This document shows positions 1 to 11,400 of a stretch of DNA of 64,000 bases, piece by piece (within the stretch, counting starts at the first letter, position 1; every line of letters starts with the position of its first letter). Origin of the DNA: Macrostomum lignano (lineage: Eukaryota); assembly GCA_002269645.1 (NCBI GenBank), contig NIVC01002024.1, positions 88,158 through 152,157 on the forward strand, read 5' to 3'. The notes under the pieces are model-generated. The model had not been told where the DNA came from. It made no database searches and worked only from the letters and a program-made list of their open reading frames with translations. Position numbers and translations under genes: made by a program.

Positions 1-79
1 AATACATATATGAATGATTTTATCATGCTATCGCATAAGCATCTTTCTGCCTCGCAAACTAAGTGAAGTCTTTACAAAA

Positions 80-640
80 AGGGTTAGAGAGGAAGAGGGT
101 GAGAGAGGAAGAGGGTGAGAGAGGAAGATGGGGAGAGAGGAACAGGAGGAGAGAGGAAGAGGGGAGAGAGGAACAGGGGGAGAGAGGAAGAGGGGAGAGA
201 GGAACAGGGGGAGAGAGGAAGAGGGGAGAGAGGAAGATGGGGAATAGAGGAAGAAGGGGAATAGAGGAAGATGGGGAATAGAGGAAGATGGGGAATAGAG
301 GAAGATGGGGAATAGAGGAAGATGGGGAATAGAGGAAGAAGGGGAATAGAGGAAGATGGGGAATAGAGGAAGAAGGGGAATAGAGGAAGATGGGGAATAG
401 AGGAAGATGGGGAATAGAGGAAGATGGGGAATAGAGGAAGAAGGGGAATAGAGGAAGATGGGGAATAGAGGAAGATGGGGAATAGAGGAAGAAGGGGAAT
501 AGAGGAAGATGGGGAATAGAGGAAGAGAGGGAGAGAGGAGAAGGGGAATAGAGGAAGAAGGGGAATAGAGGAAGAAGGGGAATAGAGGAAGATGGGGAAT
601 AGAGGAAGAGAGGGAGAGAGGAGAAGGGGAGAGAAAGCTT
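80..640. repeat. Purine-rich minisatellite, mostly 17-bp unit GGGGAATAGAGGAAGA(T/A)
   Basis: Directly visible tandem array; the ORF at 63-281 is a by-product. Confidence 0.9.
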
Positions 641-1260
641 AGATAAAGTTTAGCAATCAGCGAGAGTCAGTGCCTACTGATGCGGGACATTAATAATAAT
701 AATAGCTATTTAGAGAGTAAAAGACAGACTGTATCGTACAGCAGCTGCCAACAGCAGCAAACTAAAGGCCACCTTAAACGCTGCAAGTCACTGGAAAATA
801 TATGCATGCATACGCAAAGTACAAAGCGCATCCTTGATCAATTGTAGTCATGATTTACTTGTTTTCATTAAACCTTACTCTCAGCTCACAATTAATAATA
901 CTGAAATTAATTATTAAATATTTTACATGTACGCATGCGCAGGTAATTAGAAAGCATATAAACACATGTAAGCCGGTTCAATCAAGATCAGGCTGGGTAA
1001 GGTTCACATACACAAGGATCGCATACGCATGCCAAACCGGAAACCCGAGAGAGTGTGTGAAACGAGCGCGCACAGTGTATTTACATTATTTTATGTAAAT
1101 AACGCTCGCAGATCTGTACTGCAATCTCGAAGGGACAACGTACGCACATGCAAAAACATATATTGAAGCGGTGGCAACAAGCTCACCAAGTTAAAATAAC
1201 TATACACACAGTAAGTCCATGAGATTATATTCTTCTTCGATCCCATTAATAGCCGATGAG

Positions 1261-2401
1261 ATGAGTAAAGGTATTGCTATTTTGCTAGCCATCATAGCGA
1301 GCTTGGTGCTGGCTTCTCTGGAAAATCCAACCAGTGAGCAGTCTAGGCCTAGTTCAACTGCCGCTTCAACTGCCGCTTCAACTGCCTCTACAACTGCTGC
1401 TTCAACTGCCTCTACAACTGCCGCTTCAACTGCTTCTACAACTGCCGCTTCAACTGCCTCTACAACTGCCGCTTCAACTGCTTCTACAACTACCGCTTCA
1501 ACTGCCTCTACAACTGCCGCTTCAACTGCTTCTACAACTACCGCTTCAACTGCCTCTACAACTGCCGCTTCAACTGCTGCTTCAACTGCCTCTACAACTA
1601 ACGCTTCAACTGCCGCTTCAACTGCCGCTTCAACTGCCGCTTCAACTACCGCTTCAACTGCCGCTTTAACAGCCTCTACAACTGCCGCTTCAACTGCCTC
1701 TACAACTGCCGTTTCAACTGCCTCTACAACTACCGCTTCAACTGCCGCTTCAACTGCCTCTACAACTGCCGCTTCAACTGCCTCTACAACTACCGCTTCA
1801 ACTGCCGCTTCAACTGCCTCTACAACTGCCGCTTCAACTGCCTCTACAACTACCGCTTCAACTGCCGCTTCAACTACCGCTTCAACTGCCGCTTTAACAG
1901 CCTCTACAACTGCCGCTTCAACTGCCTCTACAACTGCCGTTTCAACTGCCTCTACAACTGCCGCTTCAACTGCCTCTACAGCTGCCTCTACAACTGCTAC
2001 AACAGCCAACTTGACAAAGCAGACTACGACAAATTCCCGCACAACTCAACCCTCAACTACAACTACAGCTGCAACTACCGTAACAACAGCTGGCAGTGCA
2101 GTGCAAACCACGCCAGAACCAGTAGAACTTCCTAATCTAAAAGTGCAGGTGAATCGTACAACAACACAATTGATAGAGATTGTTTGGTCCTGGCCAGACA
2201 ATGTCAGTCAGGTGGTGAAACATTTAAATCTGACATATTTTGTCAACTGCGACTCCAGAGCTGCTGCAGAGGAGACACAATCAATGAGGCACACTTGTTA
2301 TTACAATTCAAGTGGAGAAGTCTACAACATCACCATTAGAGCCGTTGCTGATGGTCCCGATTATAGGGAAGGTCCAACGCAGTGGCTGCTGGCAACAACA
2401 A
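1261..2401 (+). CDS. RPTP coding exon 1: signal peptide, mucin-like STAA/STAS/TTAA repeats and first FN3 domain
   Basis: MSKGIAILLAIIASLVLASLEN signal peptide; 12-bp coding repeats about 1357-2000; FN3-like region IEIVWSWP...YNITIRAVADGP; phase-1 donor A|GTGAGT at 2402. Confidence 0.85.
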
Positions 2402-5400
2402 GTGAGTAAAATATGGATGGGCAATAGATGGACCCTATGAAACAAACTATGTTCAGCTGTAGATAAAAATCAAATTCTCTACTAGATTCAAGTAAGATAA
2501 GAAAAGCTGTTTTGGTCGTCTTAGATTCGTGTACCAAATGCTTTACCACACAAGTGATAATGTCAACAATTTTATTGTAAACTTTATTAAACAAGCTTTC
2601 CATAAAATTATATGTTTAGATTCGTAATAATTTGCCAGCAATTTTTAAAGCTGGAAAGGCTTAAGCTTGTGCTTCAGAGTTTTTAGTGTGCAACACTCTC
2701 TTAGCTCGTAGTGTTAACCTTATGGATAGAAAAGTTTGCTGGCGCCAACATCTGTTTATCAGTGGCATTCCATTGGTAAGGCCATTAAATACACTTTGTA
2801 TAAAAATGGTACTTCAATTGGTCAATTAGCTATGAGTTTATGAAATATTGTTTTTAAAAGTGACCCACAATAATTACGGTAGGCTAAGAATATTTTGCCA
2901 TAGAGTGAGGCTATACTGCACTCGTTCACTCTCAATCACTCGATCACAAACGAGGCATTCAAATAAATTGTTTGTTAAAGTACAATAAAATTCGCTGTTG
3001 TAAAATTTCGACATAGTGAAAATTCGGGTTTATGGAACGAAGCTATCAGTATATACATGTAATTATCTTGACTTACTTGACTTAGCTGCAGGGCGGTCCG
3101 AAGACGCAGCGGGGAGGCGAGCGTCGCCCATTCCGCTAATCCCGGAAAGGCCCGCAAAGGCTAGGGCGCGGGGCCGGTCAGGGAGGTCTGCCGGTCCTGT
3201 CTGCAGCGTTGCCTTCGGTGGGAAAGACGGAGGCTCGCTTGGTGGCCCGGAGAAACCGGGTGAGCCGTGGGATGTTCTCGGGCCGGCAAACGTCGTCCAG
3301 GGACGGGTTGGGCCCGAGGTGGTTGAGCCGGTCTCGGTTGAAGGCCGGGCAGTAGCAGACGAAGTGCTTGGCGTCTTCGTTCTCGAGGTTGCATTAAGGG
3401 CAGAGTTCGCTCCGGCGAACGCTTCGGAGGAAACAGTGCCTGGCAAAGCAACCGAGACCTGTGAAGGTCATAGTGAGAGCGCGGATATCTTTTCGATTTT
3501 GGTTCAAAAGGATTCTCCGCAGCTTGAGGGATGGATTGGGCACTGCCGTACGAGATTGTCGGCAGTTGGAGACACCATCCCATCTGCGCAAGTGCAGGTT
3601 AATGACAGTGGCGGGGATGGGGGCCAGGGGCACGGGGCCAAGGAGCGAGCCGGAACAGCCCGCCTTAGCGAGGGAGTCGGCGAGCTCGTTACCTTTGAAG
3701 CCAGCGTGTCCTGGGATCCACGTAAGCCGGACGGTGTTCCTCCGAGCCAGCTTGTTGAGCTGCCCGATACAGTCGCGGACTGTTCAGGAGTTCGTAGTGG
3801 TGTGACACAGGGCCTGCAAAGCGGCCTGGCTGTCAGGGTGGAAGAATATTCTTCTGTCCTTGAAGTCCCTGCAGTGGAGCTCAGCTGCACAGGAGCTGAT
3901 GGCAAGGACTTCATTCTGGAAGACGCTGGAGAGTCTGCCAGTGTGTTGGGCGTGAGTGACGATCACGCGTCCGTTGATAAGGACGCAGACTCCAAAGCCG
4001 GATAAACCGTCTTTGGAGGATCCGTCAGTAAAGCAGTGAACCTCCTGAGGGGCCCAGCTGTCGTTGGCGTTCTCCCTAGAGGGGATAGTGACCTTGAAGC
4101 GTTGGTAGTGAAGTTTAGCGCTTGTGAAGTTTAGCGCTTGTGAAGTTCAGCGCTTGTGAAGTTCAGCGCTTGTGAAGTTTAGCGCTTGTGAAGTTTAGCG
4201 CTTGTGAAGTTTAGCGCTTGTGAAGTTTAGCGCTTGTGAAGTTTAGCGCTTGTGAAGCCTCCCCGAATGAGATCAGGGGAGATTGAGATGCTGGGAGGGA
4301 AATTGGAAACGTGGTAGTGAGATTGTATATATGGCAGTGAGATTAGGGATCCGAATGCTGAGAGAGCAGAGATGGCCCTGTTGTAAAGAGAAACCTCTGT
4401 ATTTAAAATTTCCTTTTGAATACAGTACCAGAAATTTGGAAGTTGAGTCTGCTTTCTTGAGTCCTGCATCTGATGCAGGAAATGCAGTTTTGACTGTTCG
4501 CACAGTCAGAGTGTACACAGTACCCGGTTGGAGACCCGTAAAGCAAACGCTATTGTTTGCTTTTAAGAGATTTTTGCACTTATCTTCGGAACAAATTTCG
4601 TAAGTTTGATTGAAATTTTTCGGCGCAGCAGCTGTTATACTACTATCGTTGGTTGCTGTCACACTGACGATCGTTAGGTTCGGTTTCGGCAAATCTAAAA
4701 GTTTATTGTTGCATTCTCAGTTTTATGGATCGGGACATGTCATTTAATAAGTCATTTGAATAAGCTTTGTGATTTGATAAATGGTTAGCCATTTGATAAT
4801 AAAGTTAATCCTTTTTTTCAATTTATTAATAGTTGGGCAATAAATTCTGTCTGTTGATTTAAGCCGCAGGTACTAGATACTAAAATAGCTATTCGTGGAT
4901 GGGCCACTCAGTCATATACTTAGTAAAACAGCTTTCTACTTTCAGTTCAGTAGCAAAGAATACATAAGCTATTTTTATTTTTAAAAAAGGCAGTTGAAAT
5001 TACTTTGACTTTAGAAGCCCATGCTTGCAGGCGTAAACATATTGCTAATTGGTTCAGCAGTAATGTACATTAGCCAGTCCACTGGAATGTACACGGCAGC
5101 TTTAGGCTGGAATTCCAAGAAAGGCAATAAAAATTGGGTAGTGTCAAAAGGCGCGATTAGAGGGTTTCAGGGGGAGGCTTCACAAGCGCTAATTTTCATA
5201 AGCGCTAACTCACCTACTTTCACAAGCGCTAAACTTCACAAGCGCTAAACTTCACAAGCGCTAAACTTCACAAGCGCTAAACTTCATAAGCGCTAAACTT
5301 CACAAGCGCTAAACTTCATAAGCGCTAAACTTCACAAGCGCTAAACTTCACAAGCGCTAAACTTCATAAGCGCTAAACTAAACTAAACTTATAAACTTAA

Positions 5401-8400
5401 ACCCTTGGGTTGGTAGCAATAGAGGCGGCCGGTCTTCCCGCCTGGAGTCTCCCTTTCGGAAACAAGCCTTCCAGACTCACTCCAATTGATAAGCCATTTC
5501 CGTTGACTTCGGGGTATCCCCGCTCTCGGACCGCTTTAAGTAGTCTATCCAAAAACTCTTCGGTGCTCCACTAGCGGCAGAGCCCCCTTTAGGGCTGATC
5601 CGCGGGTAAGCCCAGCTTCCCTCCCCCGTTTAACAACAACCCCAAATATCACTATAGATTTTTAATCTCACCCAGTTTCCCAATCTCACTCCAATCTTGC
5701 CTATCTCATTCTCAGATTCCAAGTAGCACTTTAGATCCCCAAAAATCTTACCCAAAATTAAAAATCTCACTCTCAGATTCTAATCTCCCAGATCCCAATC
5801 TGCCAGATCCCACCCTCTCGGTTCCCACTCTCTCAGATCCCAACCTCCCAGGATCCCAATCTCTCAGATCCTGCTCTCTCAGACCCCACTCTCTCAGATC
5901 CCAACCTCCCAGGATCCCAATCTCTCAGATCCTGCTCTCTCAGACCCCACTCTCTCAGATCCCAACCTCCCAGGATCCCAATCTCTCAGATCCTGCTCTC
6001 TCAGACCCCACTCTCTCAGATCCCAACCTCCCAGGATCCCAATCTCTCAGATCCTGCTCTCTCAGACCCCACTCTCTCAGATCCCAACCTCCCAGGATCC
6101 CAATCTCTCAGATCCTGCTCTCTCAGACCCCACTCTCTCAGATCCCAACCTCCCAGGATCCCAATCTCTCAGATCCTGCTCTCTAAGATCCCACTCAAAT
6201 TTGAAATTGTACACGAGACAAGTATGAATGTAGATCGAAATCGTTTATTGTTATGCATACAAAAGCTAATGTTTTTGAGATCCCCTCAAAGCTCAATGTT
6301 TTTTAGACCAGTTGTCGCTGGTGTTGTCGCTGGTGTTGTCGCTGGTGTTGTCGCTGGTGTTGTTGCTGGTGTTGTTGCTGGTGTTGTCGCTGGTGTTGTC
6401 GCTGGTGTTGTTGCTGGTGTTGTTGCTGGTGTTGTCGCTGGTGTTGTCGCTGGTGTTGTCGCTGGTGTTTTCGCTGGTGTTGTTGCTGGTGTTGTTGCTG
6501 GTGTTGTTGCTGGTGTTGTCGCTGGTGTTGTCGCTGGTGTTGTCGCTGGTGTTGTCGCTGGTGTTTTCGCTGGTGTTTTCGCTGGTGTTGTCGCTGGTGT
6601 TTTCGCTGGTGTTGTCGCTGGTGTTGTCGCTGGTGTTGTCGCTGGTGTTGTCGCTGGTGTTGTCGCTGGTGTTGTTGCTGGTGTTGTTGCTGGTGTTGTC
6701 GCTGGTGTTGTCGCTGGTGTTGTCGCTGGTGTTTTCGCTGGTGTTGTCGCTGGTGTTTTCGCTGGTGCTTTCGCTGGTGTTGTCGCTGGTGTTTTCGCTG
6801 GTGTTGTCGCTGGTGTTGTCGCTGGTGTTTTCGCTGGTGTTGTCGCTGGTGTTGTCGCTGGTGTTTTCGCTGGTGTTGTCGCTGGTGTTTTCGCTGGTGT
6901 TGTCGCTGGTGTTGTCGCTGGTGTTTTCGCTGGTGTTTTCGCTGGTGTTTTCGCTGGTGTTGTCGCTGGTGTTGTCGCTGGTGTTGTTGCTGGTGTTTTC
7001 GCTGGTGTTGTCGCTGGTGTTGTCGCTGGTGTTGTCGCTGGTGTTGTCGCTGGTGTTTTCGCTGGTGTTGTCGCTGGTGTTGTCGCTGGTGTTTTCGCTG
7101 GTGTTGTCGCTGGTGTTTTCGCTGGTGTTGTCGCTGGTGTTTTCGCTGGTGTTGTCGCTGGTGTTGTCGCTGGTGTTTTCGCTGGTGTTGTCGCTGGTGT
7201 TGTCGCTGGTGTTTTCGCTGGTGTTGTCGCTGGTGTTTTCGCTGGTGTTTTCGCTGGTGTTGTCGCTGGTGTTTTCGCTGGTGTTGTCGCTGGTGTTGTC
7301 GCTGGTGTTTTCGCTGGTGTTGTCGCTGGTGTTGTCGCTGGTGTTGTCGCTGGTGTTTTCGCTGGTTTGCCGCTGGTGTTGTCGCTGGTGTTGTTGCTTC
7401 GCTGGTGTAGTTGCTGATGTCGCTGGTGTTCTCGCTGGTGTTGTCGCTGGTGTTGTTGCTGATGTCGCTGGTGTTCTCGCTGGTGTTGTTGCTGATGTCG
7501 CTGGTGTTGTTGCTGATGTCGCTGGTGTTGTTGCTGATGTTGCTGGTGTTGTTGCTGATGTTATTGTTGTTGAATGCGTTGGTGAGCTCAGAGGGGCCGC
7601 CAGTAGATGGCCCCCAAGAGCTGTGCCACCACGTCCCCTTGTGCTAAGTCGCGCAGACAAGTGACGCCGATGATGCGTCGGGTAGTATCGAGCTTCGGAC
7701 ACGCACAGAATAAGGAATTGCTCGGCCGGCTGGTTGCAGAGACGACAGGGTTCCCCCTCTCGGCAATGCGGTAGTAGGACGATTCGGGACAGCCGGATCT
7801 GATTTGGGAGGCGAGCATCTGCTGCCGGCGAGTACCGGGCGCGAGCGAGACCGGGTCACGGCCGGTACACTTCCAGGTGACCGTGCAGGCCGGGCTGGTA
7901 CTTGAGGTGGTGACCGATATACGTTTTTTAGAGGCGAAATTTCGACTTGTTCCTGACAGACTGCAGCGGCGGTTTTGGCTTCGGCATCGACCAGTTCGTT
8001 GCCGTGCACCCCTGAGTGCCCGGGCACCCACTGCAGGGTCATCTGAGTACGGCGAGCCGCTTGAGTAAGGAGAGCTTTAGCGGTCTCGAGCCTGGAGTTC
8101 AGCGTGGGCTGGTCCGCTTGGATGACGCTGGCGCTCTGACTGTCCGCCAGGATGGCAGTACGAGGCGGGGCAGCGCAGCTCAATGGCGGAGAGCACTGCC
8201 GCGGACGCGGGGCCCTCGAACTCCAGGAGCTTGGTAAACAGATGGACTACATAATCGATGAGAGAGTCCCATGAAGGATGGCAGATGAGAGGAAAAGGCA
8301 GACGAGGCAGAGCGACCATGGCATTGCAGCAGGCTCTGGCTTGTTCGCGAAGGCCTTTGTTAGCCGCCAGACGGATGTTCAGGTGCCTATCGCAGATTCG

Positions 8401-11400
8401 CCGAAACGGGTCGTCGATGGGGCGGCGGGACACTTTCTCGTAGGTCAGCAAGAGACTGATTGGGTGGACATTCGCCTCAAGGTAGATGGCTTCGACGGGA
8501 GTAGAGCGAGGCAGCCCGGTAAAGGTCCTGAGCGCTTCTCTCTGAGCGCGATCGAGGTCGTCGAGGCGGGTTTTTGCAGCGGCATGCTAGACCACCGACT
8601 CGAGGAGGGCGCGGTAGACCCGAAGGAGCAGGGGGCGGTCCCAGCCCCATTCCCAGTGCGCAAGGGCGCGGATGATTGCTGTTCTGCGTTGCATCTTGTC
8701 CTTGGCCGTGTTTGTGTGCCTGTCGAACAGAAGTCCTCTGTCGATCCAGACCCCAAGGAACTTCAGTTTTTGCTTAGGGGTGGGATACCGTGGCCGTACA
8801 GCGATAGAGGAGGGCGCGATCCCGGTCGGCACGGTCTCTACTGAAGAGGCGGCAGCATTCGGTTTTGGCTGGGTTGAGATCGACGCGCAGGAAGTCAGCC
8901 CACTTCTCGATCCGCTGGAGAGCGTCCTGGATGCGATCCAAGATGGCGCGGACGTCTTCCGGTGGACCACAAGGCGATGTCGTCGGCATACCCGCTGTAT
9001 TCAACTTCTGGCGTCGTGAACTCCGTCCAGGCGTTGACGTAAAGTAAGAAGAGGGCCGGGGAGCCGGTGCGCCAGCAGCGAAAAAAGACTTGAGCCAAGG
9101 AGAGCGTCAATTGTCGGGCAGATGAAGGAAAAGAGCCGCTTCTCTGCCGTTCAGGCTACACTTCTTGCTCGGGTCCAGACGGTCGACTTCTCTGCAAAGT
9201 TCGCCTTCGGTGAAATCACGGCGGTAGTTGTCGTCATTGACAGAATAGTTGGCGAGGCGCGGTTGGCCGTTTTCACCTTGAATTTGCGGTGAGTGGCGTC
9301 GTGCTTCAGCGTGCTGATTCTCTCGTAGTAGCAGCCGAAGGCGTTGAATTTGTCTTTGTCAGTGCAGAGTTCTCGGTTGTCAACCACCAGGTTCTCGTTG
9401 GGCTGGGCTGCTTGTTGGCCGTTGCTGAGGCATTTGATCGTGTTCCAGACCTGCTTTGGGTCAGAGGAAGGCTAGCTGGCTAGCTGGAGGAAGTTTACAG
9501 CATTGTTCTCATCATTCAGCGACTCCACTCCTTAGATTCCACATCGCAATCTGCTCTAAGTCCATCTGCCAACCAGGGCGCTGCTGGGCCTGTTTTCCTC
9601 GATGATATCCAGCGCCAATTCCAACACGGCTTCTTCTGCCACCAGAACTTCTGCTGCAGAATTTGCATGCTGCTGCTCTGCGGACTCCTCTGGTCCATGA
9701 TTAGCTATTCGCTTTAATGATGTTTCAAACAAAAAATTCGATGCACCAATTCTCCCCACAGAGCCGCAATCTCCAACGCTGAACAGACAGTCGAGTGACA
9801 GTCGAAGATTAGTTGCGTCCTTCAAAGAGAGAACTACTTCTTATCGAATGGAAGCACGATTATCCGGTGAAAAACAAAATTATTCTTGTGTTGTTAGAAA
9901 ACATTTCTGTGAAATCATCTTTTACAATTTGATGCCGGGCTTCGAATACAACCTGACCTACTGGGCTGTCTACAAGAACCAGGCGTCCGAGGTGCAGTGG
10001 GCTTCGGTAAGAAAATACCTAATTACAGTTTATAATCTCTTTTTTGTTAAAATTATTTTCTTTGAATGGTTTTAAACTGTGATACACACTTTGCTATAGT
10101 TACTGTAAAAAAGATATAGATGTTAAATTTAGACAAATATTATGATGGATGACAGGACACTGCCTATGTTATTGCTACAGTTGTTGTGTTAGACAGGTCA
10201 ATGTCAACAGTTAGACACGTTATTAGTTAGTTAGAAACTGTTAGACAGGCACACAACTGTTAGACAAGTGTTTTGCTATAGTTGTTAAACATTCTTAGGT
10301 GTAAACTAAGCGTATGTTTCTGGCATATGTTCCTAATCCAAATCCCAACGAACATCCCAACATGGCCTCAATTCCAGGTGAGGACTACACCGGAACCAGA
10401 GGTACGAGTATCTTCTAGCTTATTGGCTGTCGGCCTCACCGGCACAATGTTGTTTCTAGCTATTGCAGTGGTCGGCGTGACAGCGTCGCTGTTTTTAAGA
10501 CGTCACTTTCTTGGAATGGGCGCCTCAGGCGGAAGGCTGGAATCGCGAGATATTCCCATGCAGTGAGTTGTGATAAGCTTCTTTTGAGCATCTAATTCCC
10601 TTTTGAGTCCTTGACAAGATCCAGCCTTAATTATTTCTGCATCTCAATTTTCCCAAGACGCCTAGAAAGCCTCGGGGTGGCAGTTGAAGAGTTTGGTTTC
10701 TACGCGGCTTCAATGCTGAGAGACAGCGAGCTGGGGGTTCACCAGCAGTTTGAAGAGATGCGGGAAGAGTGCGCAGCGTTGGAGCACTACAAGTTCACCT
10801 GCGATGCGGCTGTGGAAGACTGCAACAGGGCTAAGAACAGGTACACGGACATCCTGCCCTACGATCATACTCGGGTGACTCTGGAATCCGACTACGAAGG
10901 CCCGGGTTTGGCTCCAGATGATTATATCAATGCCAACTACATCAGGTGAGGTGAAGAGGGGTAGGTGCGTACCTGTAGCAGTGTACATTCATGCTTGTTA
11001 TGCAGTTTGGTTCACGTAGATATAAATTACAAGGAATGGTCGAGTTTTAACTGCATACTGTACACAGTGTACACTATAGGACTAGGAGAGTGAGCTGGGT
11101 GTACACTATGGGACTAGGAGAGTGAACTGGGTGTACACTATACGACTAGGAGAGTGAACTGGGTGTACACTATACGACTAGGAGAGTGAACTGGGTGTAC
11201 ACTATACGACTAGAAGAGTGAACTGGGTGTACACTATACGACTAGAAGAGTGAACTGGGTGTACACTATACGACTAAGAGAGTGAACTAGGTGTACACTA
11301 TAGGACTAGGAGAGTGAACTAGGTGAGCTGGATGTATGGGGTAAGTGTGTACATTTTTTGCGTAAAAAATCAGCCTTCCAAAGTTTTCTAAAAAGCAAGT

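Noticed and set aside
6224-7702. Long VVAG/LVLS/TSDN repeat ORFs as a mucin gene
   Set aside because: All arise from a 12-bp array continuous with a LINE tail; no signal peptide or splice context.
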